Assembly (NCBI RefSeq): GCF_963921235.1
Contig: NC_086097.1
Span: 243,290,001-243,354,000 of the forward strand
Direction: 5' to 3'
Length of the DNA: 64,000 bases
Source: Mobula hypostoma
Lineage: Eukaryota
Shown: one piece after another, positions 50,246 to 62,494 of the stretch
How the letters are laid out: the number at the start of each line of letters is the position of its first letter
How positions within the stretch are numbered: position 1 is the first letter of the stretch
The notes under the pieces: generated by a model
Databases searched by the model: none
Seen by the model: the letters and a program-made list of their open reading frames with translations, nothing else
Told to the model about the DNA's origin: nothing
Program-made: the position numbers and the translations under genes

Positions 50246-53019
50246 CCATCAGTCAGTTTTTCTGGAGGTGGTTGGGGCTCCCCCAGACCTTAAGGAGCAT
50301 TGTCCTGTATGGGCAATCCACCAAGCTGCAGCTCCCCATCAGCGGCCTATCAGAGGAACTCAAAGTCACTCGAGCCAGGGAGGGTATGATGTACCGAGAC
50401 TGCTCTGATGTTAAAGTCGCTTTGGCAGGAATCCGCGTAAAGACCGGAAGGAAGTGGCAGGCACAGGAAGCTGTCGACAGAGCGGAGGCACGGCTGTGGC
50501 ACAACATCTTGGTGGGCACTGTGGCGGTGGGGTGGGCAGGTCTGGGCTGTTTTCCCAAACCTCGCTACGACAAAACCCGTGGAAAGGAGAAGCGTCAACT
50601 GGTTCAGAACGAGACACAAGCAGAAGTGGAGGAAGAACGATACAGCAAGATAGGCGGCATGTACAAGATGGGAGCATGCGGAACCTCGCAAGTTCACCTG
50701 AACAGAGCTCTGGAGAGCCGAACCATTGTGCATCAAGTTTCTCATCAAATCAGTTTGTGACGTTCTCCAAAGCCCGGACAACCTGCACAGGTGGGGCATG
50801 ACAAACACTCCAGCATGCTAACTATGCCAGAAGAGGGGCACCTGGGGCATATCCTAAGTTGCTGCCCGAAGGCGTTGGGGGAAGGGCGATACCGCTGGCG
50901 CCATGACCAAGCCCTAAGGTCTATGGCGGACACAATCAGCACAGCAATTCCAGACAGCAAAAATCAGCACACTCCTAAACAGTCCATCACCTTTATTAGA
51001 GCGGGGGAGAAGGCTCAACATTGGCCTAGCTCCTTGGGAGGGCTTCTTGCCACTGCACGAGACTGGCAGCTCCAAGTCGACCTAGGGAGGCAGCTCAAGT
51101 TCCCAGAGAACGTAGCAGCCACTCCACTCCACCTGCACATGGTGTTAATATCGGAGTTTACAAAGCAAGTGGTCCTGCTGGAACTTACCTGGGAAGACCG
51201 GATTGAAGAGGCCAACGAGCGCAAGACGGCTAGATACAGAGATCTTGTTGCAGAACGCTGGAGCAATGGCTGGAGAGCTCGCTGTCAGCCAGTCGAAGTT
51301 GGGTACCGGGGCTTTGCTGGCCATTCATTACAGCGGACTCTAAAACTCCTTGGAGTTAAAGGACTGCAGTGCAGAAGAGCCACCAAGAACATTCTGGAGG
51401 CTGCTGAAAAAGGCCTCGCGGTGGCTGTGGATCCGGAGGGGGGGATCCGTGGAGTAGTGCGCCACTTGGACACAAGTCGGCGGCTGATCACCCCTGGCTG
51501 GGTCACCCGGTCGAGGTTGTCTGATGATTAAAGACCCGAAACATCCTATGACCCCGGGTTCATGACTGAAGACGTGTCCAAGTGGCAACAAAAGGTGTAT
51601 TCTACAACTAGCAGTGACAAGAAATCTGATTCTGGTTCTGTGTAAGGAGGTAAGCTGATCAGAGAATACGCCCACACATGGACAAGTGATGGAATTAAGC
51701 ATGGAAGCAGCTGAAATAGACAAGGTCCTGAATAAATCAGTATTACCAAGAAATAGGATGCCAATGTGGTATGTCTTTGTCTGAGGGCATTTCAATATAA
51801 AGGAGTAGGAGGTGCTGAAAAACGTTTTGGGAGATAAATTATAATGCAAAATTAATCAGATAAAAGCAGGACCCTTGACAGAAAGGCATAGCTAGAGTAG
51901 ATTGCAGAATACTTTTACCCACGGTAGAAATGTCAAATATAAAGGGCATTGCCTCAGGGTGTGGAGGGAAAGGATTAAATGAGGATTGCAAACCAAGCTT
52001 ATTTTTATACACAAAGAGTGGTTTGGACCTGTAACGTGTTGCAAAGGATGGTAGTAGAAGTAGATACAATCATCACTATGTGCCGTGACATATGATGTGG
52101 GTGTTCATGGTCTTTCCATGACCATGATTTTTCTTGGCAAAACTTTCTGCAGACATGGTTCTCCTGGCGGAGTCTTTACAAGACAGGTGACCCCAGCCAT
52201 TATCAATACACTTCAGAGATTGTCTGCCCGGCGTCAGTGGTCGTAAAACCAGAATTTGTGATGTGGACCAGCTGCTCATACAACCACACGAACATCTGCC
52301 ACCTAATGCCATGGCTTTATGTGACCCTGATCGGGTGGGGGGGATGACTAAGCAGATGGCACACCCTGCCCAAGGAGACCTGCGGGCTAGCAGAGGGAAG
52401 GAGCACCCTACACTTCCTTTGATAGAGACGAATCTTCATCCATTGCAGATACAATAGCAGTGTTTCATTGCCTTTTAGACAGATAAGTGAACTGGTGGAG
52501 ATTAGAAGGAGAAGGACTAGTTACATTCAGATGGGATTTGGTTAGAATGACATCATAGTTGGTACAGACTTCATTGGCACAAGGGCCAATCCTATGTATC
52601 TGTGGAGAGAGTCTACCTTTAGGACATGCCCTCTTCAATATCCAAGATTCATGATCCAAGATCATTTAATATCATTTCCAGTACATGAGTGTAAAAGAGA
52701 ACAAAATAATTCTTACTCTGGATCCAATGCAGAACAAATAAATACAATAAGATAAAGAACACAATAAATAGAAATACATAATTCTCTTTTCATTATTACT
52801 ATCACAGAGGGATACAGAAGTTTGAAGACACATTCAACATTTTAGAGTTACATAGTCATGGAAAACTACAGCACAGAAACAGGACCATCTAGCATGTGCC
52901 AAACCATTGTTCTGACGAGTCCCATTGATGTGTACCCGGACCATACCCTCCCATACCCCGCTAATCCATGTATCTCTCCAAATTTCTCTTAAATGCTGAA
53001 ATCGAACACAAATCCACCA

Positions 53020-54000
53020 CACTTGGTATTGGAGAGGTAGAGAAGGTTGAGCATGGAGCCTGTAATGTCCTGAGCTGCATGTATTTCAATGAAGGAGTAT
53101 TGTAGGAAAGGCCCATGAGCTCAGGGCATGGATCAAGATCTGGAATTATGATATTGTAGCCATTAGTGAGACTTGGTCGCGGGAGGGGCAAGACTGGTAG
53201 CTTAATATTCCAGAGTTCCATTGTTTTAGACATGACAGTGGCGGAGATTAAAGGGTGATTGGTGGCATTACTAGACTAAATATCGTGGCAATGCTCAGTC
53301 AGAACAGACTGGAGGATTCATCTAGTGATGTATTATGGGTACAACTAAGGAATATGAAATATGTGACCATGCTAATGGGGCTATATTACAGACCACCCAA
53401 CAGTCCGAGAGATTTAGAGGAACAAATTTGTAGACAGATCACAGACTGTTGCAGAAACATAAGGTTGTTATAGTAGGTGGTTTTAACTTTCCAGATATTG
53501 ACTGGGAATTCTGTACTGTTAAAGGACTAGATGGGATAGAATTTGTCAAATGTGTTCAAGAAAGTTTCCTTAATCAATACATAGAAGTTCCAACTAGATT
53601 AAGTGCAATACTTGATCTGCTACTAGGGAACGAGACAGGACAGGTGATAGAAGTTTGTGTGGGGGAACACTTTGCATCTTGTGACCTAATGACGTTAGTT
53701 TCAAGGTAGTTACAGGAAAGGATGGGTCTGGTCTGTGGGTTGAGATTCTAAATTGAAGAAAGGCCAAGTGTGGATTGGAACAGGTTGTTTCCTGGCAAAG
53801 ATGCACTTGGTGAGTGGAAGGCTTTCAAAAGTGCTGAAGAAAAGAGTTTCGATATTCCTGTCAGAATGAAAGGCAAGGTTAACATGTTTCAAGAACAGCA
53901 GTGCATAGTAACAGACTGAGGAGTGCAGCAAAACTGAGGGATATGAGAATACAGATCCATAATTCATTGAAAGGGGCGCTGCAGAGAGACAAGATTGTAA
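53020..54000 (+). mobile_element. Degraded CR1 endonuclease region
   Basis: GLYYRPPNS, GGFNFPDIDW and AILDLLLGNE motifs. Confidence 0.75.
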
Positions 54001-54083
54001 ATAGTCATAGTCATAGTCACGGTCATACTTTATTGATCCCCGGGGAAATGACTATGACTATGACTATGACTATTTGCAATCTT
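53991..54083. repeat. Hairpin-type inverted repeat built on an (ATAGTC)n/(GACTAT)n hexamer
   Basis: 36-nt arms (53991-54026 and 54048-54083) with 3 mismatches and a 21-nt spacer. Confidence 0.9.
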
Positions 54084-55149
54084 TGTAAAGAAATCTTTGT
54101 ATGGATCTTTATGTAGTCTTGCTGAAGGGTCTCGGCCCAAAACGTTGACTGTACTCTTTTCCATAGATGCTGCCTGGCCTGCTGAGTTCCTCCAGCATTG
54201 TGTGTGTGTTGCTTTGGATCTCCAGCATCTGCAGATTTTCTCTTGTTTGTATTCTAATATCCCTTTGTTTTATATTTCTCCCTTTTACTTTGCAGCGTGG
54301 AGAGGATTAAATAAAAGTACAGAAGGGACAAGTGAAGCTATTGTTGGGAGTGGTGAGAGGGAGTGCGTCAGGCTTTGGCTCAAAGGAGGCTGCTGCTTGG
54401 AAGAGAGACGTTGCTCTGGGTAAGTTGTCTGGCTAAGTTTCTGTTAAGTTTTCCTTTTTTCTTACTGTGTCAGGGGTACTTGGTGTAGCTTAAATAGCCA
54501 TTGTGAGTTCTTCATGCTGGATGTTGAAGCCCTGGAATCCCAGAGTCTCCCAGGGAACTACATCTGCATGAAGTGCATCCAGCTGCAGCCCCTTGAAGAC
54601 CATATTAGGGATCTGGAGCAGCAGATGGATAACCTTTGGCGTGTATGGGAGAGTGAGGAGGTCTTCAGTCGGAGTTGCAGGGAAGTAGAAACCCTGAAGC
54701 TGCAGGAGGCGAGTGCCTGGGTGACTGCCAGGGGAAGTAATGGGACGGTAAACAGGTAGTTATCGCAGAGCGCACCTGTGGCCATTCCCCTCGATAATAA
54801 ATATACTGTTTTGGATACTATTGTGGGGGATGACCTCCCAAGGGAATGCCACAGAGACTGGGTTACTGGCACTGAATGTGGATCTGTGGTGTAGAGGGAA
54901 AGAGAATGAAGAGTGGAATGGTAGAGATAGGGGACTCATTAGTGAGGCGAACAGACAGGACATGCTGTGGACGTGAACGGGACACCCGGACGATATGTTA
55001 CCTCCCAGATGCCAGTGTCAGGGATGTTTCGGATCGCGTCCACAGCATTTTGGAGAGGGAGGGAGAGCAGCCAGATATCTTGGTGCATATTGGCACCAAT
55101 GACATAGGAAGGAAAAGCAAAGAGGTCCTGAAGAGAGAGCTTTGAGAGT

Positions 55150-55620
55150 TATACTTTATACTTTATTGTCACCAAACAATTGATACTAGAATGTACAATC
55201 GTCACAGCGATATTTGATTCTGTGCTTCACACTCCCTGGATTACAAATATTAAATATTAAAAATAGTTAAAATTAGTAAATATTAAAAATTTAAATTATA
55301 AATCATAAATAGAAAATAGAAAAATGGGAAGTGAAGTCGTGCAAAAAAACCGAGAGGCAGGTCCGGATACTTGGAGGGTACGGCCCAGATCCGAGTCAGG
55401 ATCCGTTCAGCAGTCTTATCACAGTTAGAAAGAAGCTGTTCCCAAATCTGGCCGTACGAGTCTTCAAGCTCCTGAGCCTTCTCCCGGAGGGAAGAGGGAC
55501 GAAAAGTGTGTTGGCTGGGTGGGTCGTGTCCTTGATTATCCTGGCAGCACTGCTCTGACAGCGTGCAGTGTAAAGTGAGTCCACGGACGGAAGATTGGTT
55601 TGTGTGATGTGCTGCGCCAT
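55150..55620 (-). mobile_element. Rex1/Babar 3' fragment inserted in CR1 ORF1
   Basis: IIKDTTHPANTLFVPLPSGRRLRSLKTRTARFGNSFF..IRLLN motif; short (aaagtat)n tail. Confidence 0.85.
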
Positions 55621-56615
55621 TAGGTAGGTAGATAGAAAACTGAGAGGCTGGACCCCCGGGTAGTGATTTCTGGATCTCTGCCTATGCCACACGCCAGTGA
55701 GGGTAGAAACAGGATGATTTGGCAGATTAATGCGTGGCTGAGAAGTTGGTGCAGGGGGCAGGACTTCAGGTTCTTGGATCATTGGGACCTCTTCTGTGGG
55801 AGGTATAGCCTGTACAAAAGGGGTGGGTTGGACCTGAACCTGAGGGGGACCAATATTCTCGCGGGCTGATTTGTTAGAGCTGTTGGGGAGGGTTTAAACT
55901 AATTTGGCAGGGGGATGGGGGGTGGAAACCGGAGTGAAGGGACTCAGGATAAGATGGATGGTAAAAAAAGCAAAGGTAGTGGGCAGCCAGACTGTTAGGA
56001 AGGGCAGGTAGATGATAGGACAAAATTGCAGCTAGCAGGGTGAGTATCAGTGCATTAGGGATGCAGAATCAAAGAGGGTAGCAAATGCAGTACTCAGTGT
56101 TACATTTCAATGCACAAAGTATAAGAAATATGGTGGATGATCTTTTTGCACTTTTACAGTTTGTCATGTATGATGTCATTGGCCATCAATAAATCGTGGC
56201 TGAAGGTGGTTGTAGTTGGGAGCTGAGTGTCCAAGGTTAAACATTGTATCGGAGGGATAGGAAGGTAGGCAGAGGGGATGGTGTGGCTCTGCTGGTAAAG
56301 AATGGCATCAAATCAGTAGAAAGGTGTGACATAGGATTGGAAGATGTTGAATCCTTATGCGTTGAGTTAAGAAACTGCAAGGGTTAAGGTACCCTGATGT
56401 ACAGGCCTCCAAACAATAGACAGGATGAGGACTACAGATTACAACAGGAAATAGGAAAGGCATGTCAAAAGGGGAATGTTATGATAGTCATGGGAGATTT
56501 TAAGATGCAGGCAGATTGGGAAAATCAGGCTGGTAATGGATCTCAAGAGAGTGAGTTTGTTGAATGCCTAAGAGATGGATCTTTAGATCAGTTGGTTGTT
56601 GAGCACACTAGGGGA

Positions 56616-56939
56616 GTGTGGGACGTGGCCAAGTGGTTAAGGCATTAGACTAGTGACCTGAAGGTCTTGAGTTCGAGCCCCAGCCGAGGGAATGTGTTGT
56701 GTCCTTGAGCAAGGCACTTAATTACACATAGCTCTGCGACGACACTGGTGCCAAGCTGTATGGGTCCTAATGCCCTTCCCTTGGACAACATTGGTGTCGT
56801 GGAGAGGGGAGACTTGCAGCATGGGCAACTGCTGGTCTTCCATACAACCTTGCCCAGGCCTGCGCCCTGGAGAATGAAGACTTTCCAGGTGCAGATCCAT
56901 GGTCTCGCAAGACTAACGGATGCCTTTATTTATTTATAT
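56616..56939 (+). mobile_element. tRNA-derived SINE (second copy at about 59200-59522)
   Basis: Pol III A box TGGCCAAGTGG and B box GAGTTCGAGCC; (ttta)n tail. 9-bp TSD actagggga at 56607-56615 and 56940-56948. Confidence 0.85.
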
Positions 56940-57769
56940 ACTAGGGGAATGGCTATATTGGATTGGGTGTTATGTAAGGAACTGGAGGCAATTAGGCAGC
57001 TTAAGGTAAAGGAATACTTAGGAGACAGTGATCACAATATGATTTGAGTTCAACTTGAAATTTGATAAGGAGAAAGTAAAGCCTGATGTAGCAGTATTTC
57101 AGTGGAGTAAAGGAAATTACAGTGGTATGAAAGAGGAGTTGGCCAAAGTAAATTGGAAGGAGATCCTGGCAGGGATGACTGCAGAGAGGCAATGGCTTGA
57201 GTTTCTGGGAAAAATGAGGAAAGTGCAGAATAGATGTATTCCAAAGACAAAGAAATGCTCAAATAGCAAAATAGTACAACCGTGGCTGACAAGGGAAGTC
57301 AAAGTTAATGTAAAAGCAAAAGAGAGGCCATTCTACAAAGCAAAAATTAGCAGGAGATCAAGTATTAGGAAGCTTTTACAAACCTAAAGAAAGCAACTAA
57401 AATAATCATTAGGAGGGAATTTTCAGAAAGCTTTTGACAAGGTGCCACACATGACACTGCTTACCAAGTGAAGAGCCCACAATATTACAGGAAAGTTACT
57501 GGCATGATTAGAGCATTGGCTGATTGGTCGGAGGCAGCGAATGGGAATAAAAGGAACCTTTTCTGGTTGGCTGCCAGTGACTAGCAGGGGTTGGTGTTGG
57601 GACCATTGCTTTTTTGGCTGTATATCAATGATTTAGATGATGAAACAGATGATTTTGTTGCTAAGTTTGCAGACGATACGAAGATTGCTGGAGGAGTAGG
57701 TAGTGTTGATGAAACAGGAAGGCTGCGGAAGGACTTAGACAGATTAGGAGAATGGGTAAGAAAGTGACA

Positions 57770-59614
57770 AATAAGAACATAAGAAATAGGAGCAGGAGTA
57801 GGCCATCCGGCCCATCAAGCCAGCCCCGCCATTCAATAAGATCATGGCTGATCTGTCTGTAAACTTAGCTCCATCTACTTGCCTTTTCCCCATAACTCTG
57901 TGGTTAAGAAGGTGTATGGTGCATTGGCCTTCATCAATCATGGAATTGAATTTAGGAGCCAAGAGGTAATGTTGCAGCTATATAGGACCCTGGTCAGACC
58001 CCATTTGGAGTACTGTGCTCAGTTCTGGTCGCCTCACTACAGGAGGAATGTGGATATTGTGTAGTTGGGATCACAGAGACATGGCTCCAAGGCCTTCATC
58101 AACCATGGGATTGAGTTCAAGAGCCGAGAAGTACTGTTGTACCTTTATAGGACCCTGGACAGACCCCATTTGGAGTACTGTGCTCAGTTCTGGTCACCTC
58201 ACAGTAGGAAGGATGTTGAAACCATAGAAAGGGTGCAGAGGAGATCTACAAGGATGTTGCCTGGATTGGGAAGCATGCCTTATGAGAATAGGTTGAGTGA
58301 ACTCGGCCTTTTCTCCTTGGAGCGACGGAGGATGAGAGGTGACCTGATAGAGGTGTATAAGATGATGAGAGGCATTGATCATGTGGATAGTCAGAGGCTT
58401 TTTCCCAGGGCTGAAATGGTTGTCACAAGAGGACACAGGTTTAAGATGCTGAGGAGTAGGTACAGAGGAGATGTTAGGGGTAAGTTTTTTATGCAGAGAG
58501 TGGGGAGTGCGTGGAATGGGCTGCCGGCAACGGTGGTGGAGGCGGATACGATAGGGTCTTTTACGAGACTTTTGGATAGGTACATGGAGCTTAGAAAAAT
58601 AGTGGGTTATAGGTAAGCCAAGTAATTTCTAAGGTAGGGACATGTTAGGCACAATTTTGTGGGCTGAAGGGCCTGTATTGTGCTGTAGGTTTTCTATGTT
58701 TCTATGTTTCTATGTCTAGAATATAAGACCAGGAATGTGATGCTGTGGTTTTATAAGACACTGGTGAAGCCTCACTTTGAATATTATGAACAGTTTTGGG
58801 CTCCATATCTAAGAAAATATGTGCTGGTATTGGGAAGGACTCATTGGAGGTTCACCAGAATGATTCTGGGAGTGAATGTGTTATTATATGAGGAATGCTT
58901 GATGGCTCTGGGCCTGTACTCACTGGAATTTATAAGAATGAGAGGGCATCTCAATGAAACCTTCCAAACGTTGAAAGGCTTAGAAAGAGTAGGTGTGGAA
59001 AGGATGCTGGCAACGGTGGTGGAGGCGGATACGATAGGGTCTTTTAAGAGACTCCTGGACAGGTACATGGAGCTTAGAAAAATAGAGGGCTATGGGTAAC
59101 CCTAGGTAATTTCTAAGTGAAGGACATGTTTGCCACAGCTTTGTAGGCCGAAGGGCCTGTATTGTGCTGTAGGTTTTCCATGTTTCTATGTTAATAAGAT
59201 GGCGCATGGCCAAGTGTTTAAGGCATTGGTCTAGTGATCTGAAGGTCGCTAGTTCGAGCCTCAGCTGAGGCAGCGTGTTGTGTCCTTGAGCAAGGCACTT
59301 AACCACACATTGCTCTGCGACAACAATGTGTGATTAAGTGCCCTGCTCAAGGACACAAGCTGTATCGGCCCTAGTGCCCCTCCCTTGGACAACATTGGTG
59401 GTGTGGAGAGGGGAGACTTGCAGCATGGGCAACCGCCAACCTTCCATACAACCTTGCCCAGGCATGCACCCTGGAGTCCTTCCAAGGTACAAATCCATGG
59501 TCTCACTAGACTAACGGATGCCTATATATGTTTCTATGTTTCCTATGGTGGGGGAGTCCAGGACAAGAGGGCACAGCCTCAGGATAGAGGGGTGTCCAAT
59601 TAAAACAGAGATGT
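57770..59614. mobile_element. Stack of nested CR1 3' fragments plus a SINE
   Basis: ORFs 57879-58064, 58065-58616 and 58704-59099; several atgtttct tails. Confidence 0.8.
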
Positions 59615-61620
59615 AGAAACATAGAACCATAGAAACATAGAAATTACTCAGGATTACCCATGGTCCACTATTTTTCTAAGCTCCATGTACATATCCAGGA
59701 GTCTCTGAAAAGACCCTATCGTATCCGCCTCCACCACCGTTGCCGGCAGCCCATTCCACGCACTCACCACTCTCTGCATAAAAAACTTACCCCTGACATC
59801 TCCTCTGTACCTTCTTCCAAGCACCATAAAACTGTGCCCTCTCGTGTGAGCCATTTCAGCCCTGGGAAAAAGCCTCTGACTGTCCACACGATCAATGCCT
59901 CTCATCATCTTATACACCTCTATCAGGTTACCTGTCATCCTCTGTCACTCCAAGGAGAAAAGGCCGAGTTCACTCAACCTGTTTTCATAAGGCATGCTCC
60001 CAAATCCAGGCAACATCCTTGTAAATCTCCTCTGCACTCTTTCTATAGTTTCCACATCCTTCCTGTAGTGAGGTGACCAGAACCGAACACAGTACTCCAA
60101 GTGGGGTCTGATCAGGGTCCTATATAGCTGCAACATTACCTTTCGGCTCCTAAACTCAATCCCATGATTGATGAAGACCAATGCACCATACGCTTTCTTA
60201 ACCACAGAGTCAACCTGCACAGCAGCTTTGAGTGTCCTATGGACTCAGACCCCAAAATCCCTCTGATTCTCCACACTGCCGAGAGTCTTACCATTAATAC
60301 TATATTCTGCCATCATATTTGACCTACCAAAATGAACAACTTCACACTTATCTGAGTTGAACTCCATCTGCCACTTCTCAGCCCAGTTTTGCATCCTATC
60401 AATGTCCCACTGTTAGCTCTGACAGCCCTCCACACTATCCACAACATCCCAACCTTTGTGTCATCAGCAAATTTATTAACCCATCCCTTCACTTCATCAT
60501 CTGGGTCATTTATAAAAATTATGAAGAGTAAGGGTCTCAGAACAGATCCCTGAAGCACACCACTGGTCACCGACCTCCATGCCGAATATGATCCGTCTAC
60601 AACCACTCTTTGCCTTCTGTGGGCAAGCCAGTTCTGAATCCACAAAGCAATGTCCCCTTGGATTCCATGCCTCCTTACTTTCTCAATAAGCCTTGCATGG
60701 GGTACCTTATCAAATGCCTTGCTGAAATCCATATATACTACATCTATGGCTCTACCTTCATTAATGTGTTTAGTCACATCCTCAAAAAATTCAGTCAGGC
60801 TCAAAAGGCACAACCTGCCTTTGATAAAGCCATGCTGACTATTCCTAATCATATTATACCTCTCCAAATGTTCATAAATCCTGCCTCTCAGGATCTCCTC
60901 CATCAACTTATCAACCACTGAAGTAAGACTCACTGGTCTATAATTTCCTGGGCTACCCCTGCTCCCTTTCTTGAATAAGGGAACAACATCCGCAACCCTC
61001 CAATCCTCCAGAACCTCTCTCGTCCTCATTGATGATGCAAAATCATCACTAGAGGCTGAGCAATCTCCTCCCTCACCTCCCACAGTAGCCTGGGGTACAT
61101 CTCATCCGGTCCCAGCGACTTATCCAACTTGATGCTTTGCAAAAGCTCCAGCACATCCTCTTTCTTAATATCTATATGTTGAAGCTTTTCAGTTCGCTGT
61201 AAGTCATCCCTACAAACCGCCAAGATCCTTTTCCATAGTGAATACTGAAGCAAAGTCTTCATTATGTATCTCGGCTATCTCCTCTGGTTCCCTACACACT
61301 TTTCCACTGTCACACTTGGTCGGTCCTATTCTCTCTTGTCTTATCCTCTTGCTCTTCACATACTTGTACAGTGCCTTGGGGTTTTCCTTAATCCTGTCTG
61401 CCAAGGCCTTCTCATGGCCCCTTCGGACTCTCCTAATTTCATTCTTAAGCTCCTTCCTGCTAGCCTTATAATCTTCTAGATCTCTATCATTACCTAGTTT
61501 TTCGAACCTTTCATAAGCTTTTCTTCTTGACTAGATTTACAACGGCCTTTTTACACTGCCATCCATTCCCTGTCTTATTGGAACGTACCTGTGCAGAACT
61601 CCACGCAAATATTCCCTGAA
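59615..61620 (-). mobile_element. 5'-truncated CR1 LINE, same subfamily as 11481-13781
   Basis: ORFs 60313-61083, 59945-60220 and 59654-59938. The host CR1 resumes at about 61621-61870. Confidence 0.92.
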
Positions 61621-62494
61621 CATGTGGAGAAATTTCTTTTGACAGAGGGTGATAATTTGTGAAATTTGTTACCACAAGAAGGTTTGGAGCCCAGGTCGTT
61701 GAGTGTATTCAAGGTGAAAAATTGATAGGTTCTTGATTGGCCGTGGCATCAAAGGTTCCTGGGATAAGACCAGGGAGTGGGGTTGAGGATGGGGAAAAAG
61801 GATCAGTCATGATTGATTGGCAGAGTGAACTCAACGGGAAAAATGGCCTAAATCTGCTCCTATGTTCTGATGATCAAACCACCTCTATAGAGAAATTTAC
61901 CAGGGACAATCATGGTCATTTTAGGACCATTATTGCCCATGTAATGCGACACAGCACATAATAGTGAAGAAATATCGCACGCTCTCTCATTGAGAATTTT
62001 CATTGAAACTTTCCTGAATACATTTGACACACTGTTTCCCATCTAGCCCTTTGGGAGTCCCAGTCAATATATTGAAAGTTAAAATCACCTACCATTACAA
62101 CTTAATGAATCTTGCAACAGTATGCAATCACTCTACAAACTTACTGCTCCCAATCCCATGGACTGTTGGGGTGTCTGTAGTATAATCTATTAACATGGCT
62201 GTTAGGAATAGGTTCTTCCCCTCGTGATTAGATTTCTAAGCAGTTCGTGAAAACTTCCTCTTTATTTTGCTCTTCTATTGCACGAGCTTTTTTTTTTGTT
62301 TTTGTGTTTGTAACCTATGGTAACCTTTGCTGTCTTGCTCTGTACCACTGCAGTATATTATTGATAGTTATAGAAAAGCATAACACAGAAACAGGCCCTT
62401 CAGCTCATCTAGTCAGTGCCAAACCATTTAAACTGCCTGGTTCCATTGCCCTGCACCAGGACTATAGCTTTCCATGCCTATCATATCTATGTAC

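Larger units (their letters stand above)
47207..51610 (+). mobile_element. HERO-like non-LTR retrotransposon (RT + CCHC finger + restriction-like endonuclease), 5'-truncated, in three segments: 47207-47280, 48056-48946, 50246-51610
   Basis: EGVWIPKE..NVEGKIFF|KIVAQ...GGVPGVPGCLEH...WLDLTNAYGSIPH...GIITGCTISV, then FMDD after a frameshift. C-terminal part: HILSCCPKALGEGRYRWRHDQ...VVLLELT.WE.RIEEANERK.ARY..L...PVEVG.RGF. Confidence 0.85.
54290..57770 (+). mobile_element. Old near full-length CR1 remnant including ORF1 (Zn finger + SGNH esterase-like) and the ORF2 5' half
   Basis: YICMKCIQL..LED.IR.LE (finger/coiled coil), IGDSLVR...LPDASVRDV...LVHIGTND (SGNH blocks) and YRPPN...MGDF (EN). Confidence 0.85.

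Noticed and set aside
56620..56690. tRNA-like sequence with A and B boxes (also at 59200-59270)
   Set aside because: It continues into a SINE body and tail and is flanked by a TSD, so it is not a functional tRNA gene.
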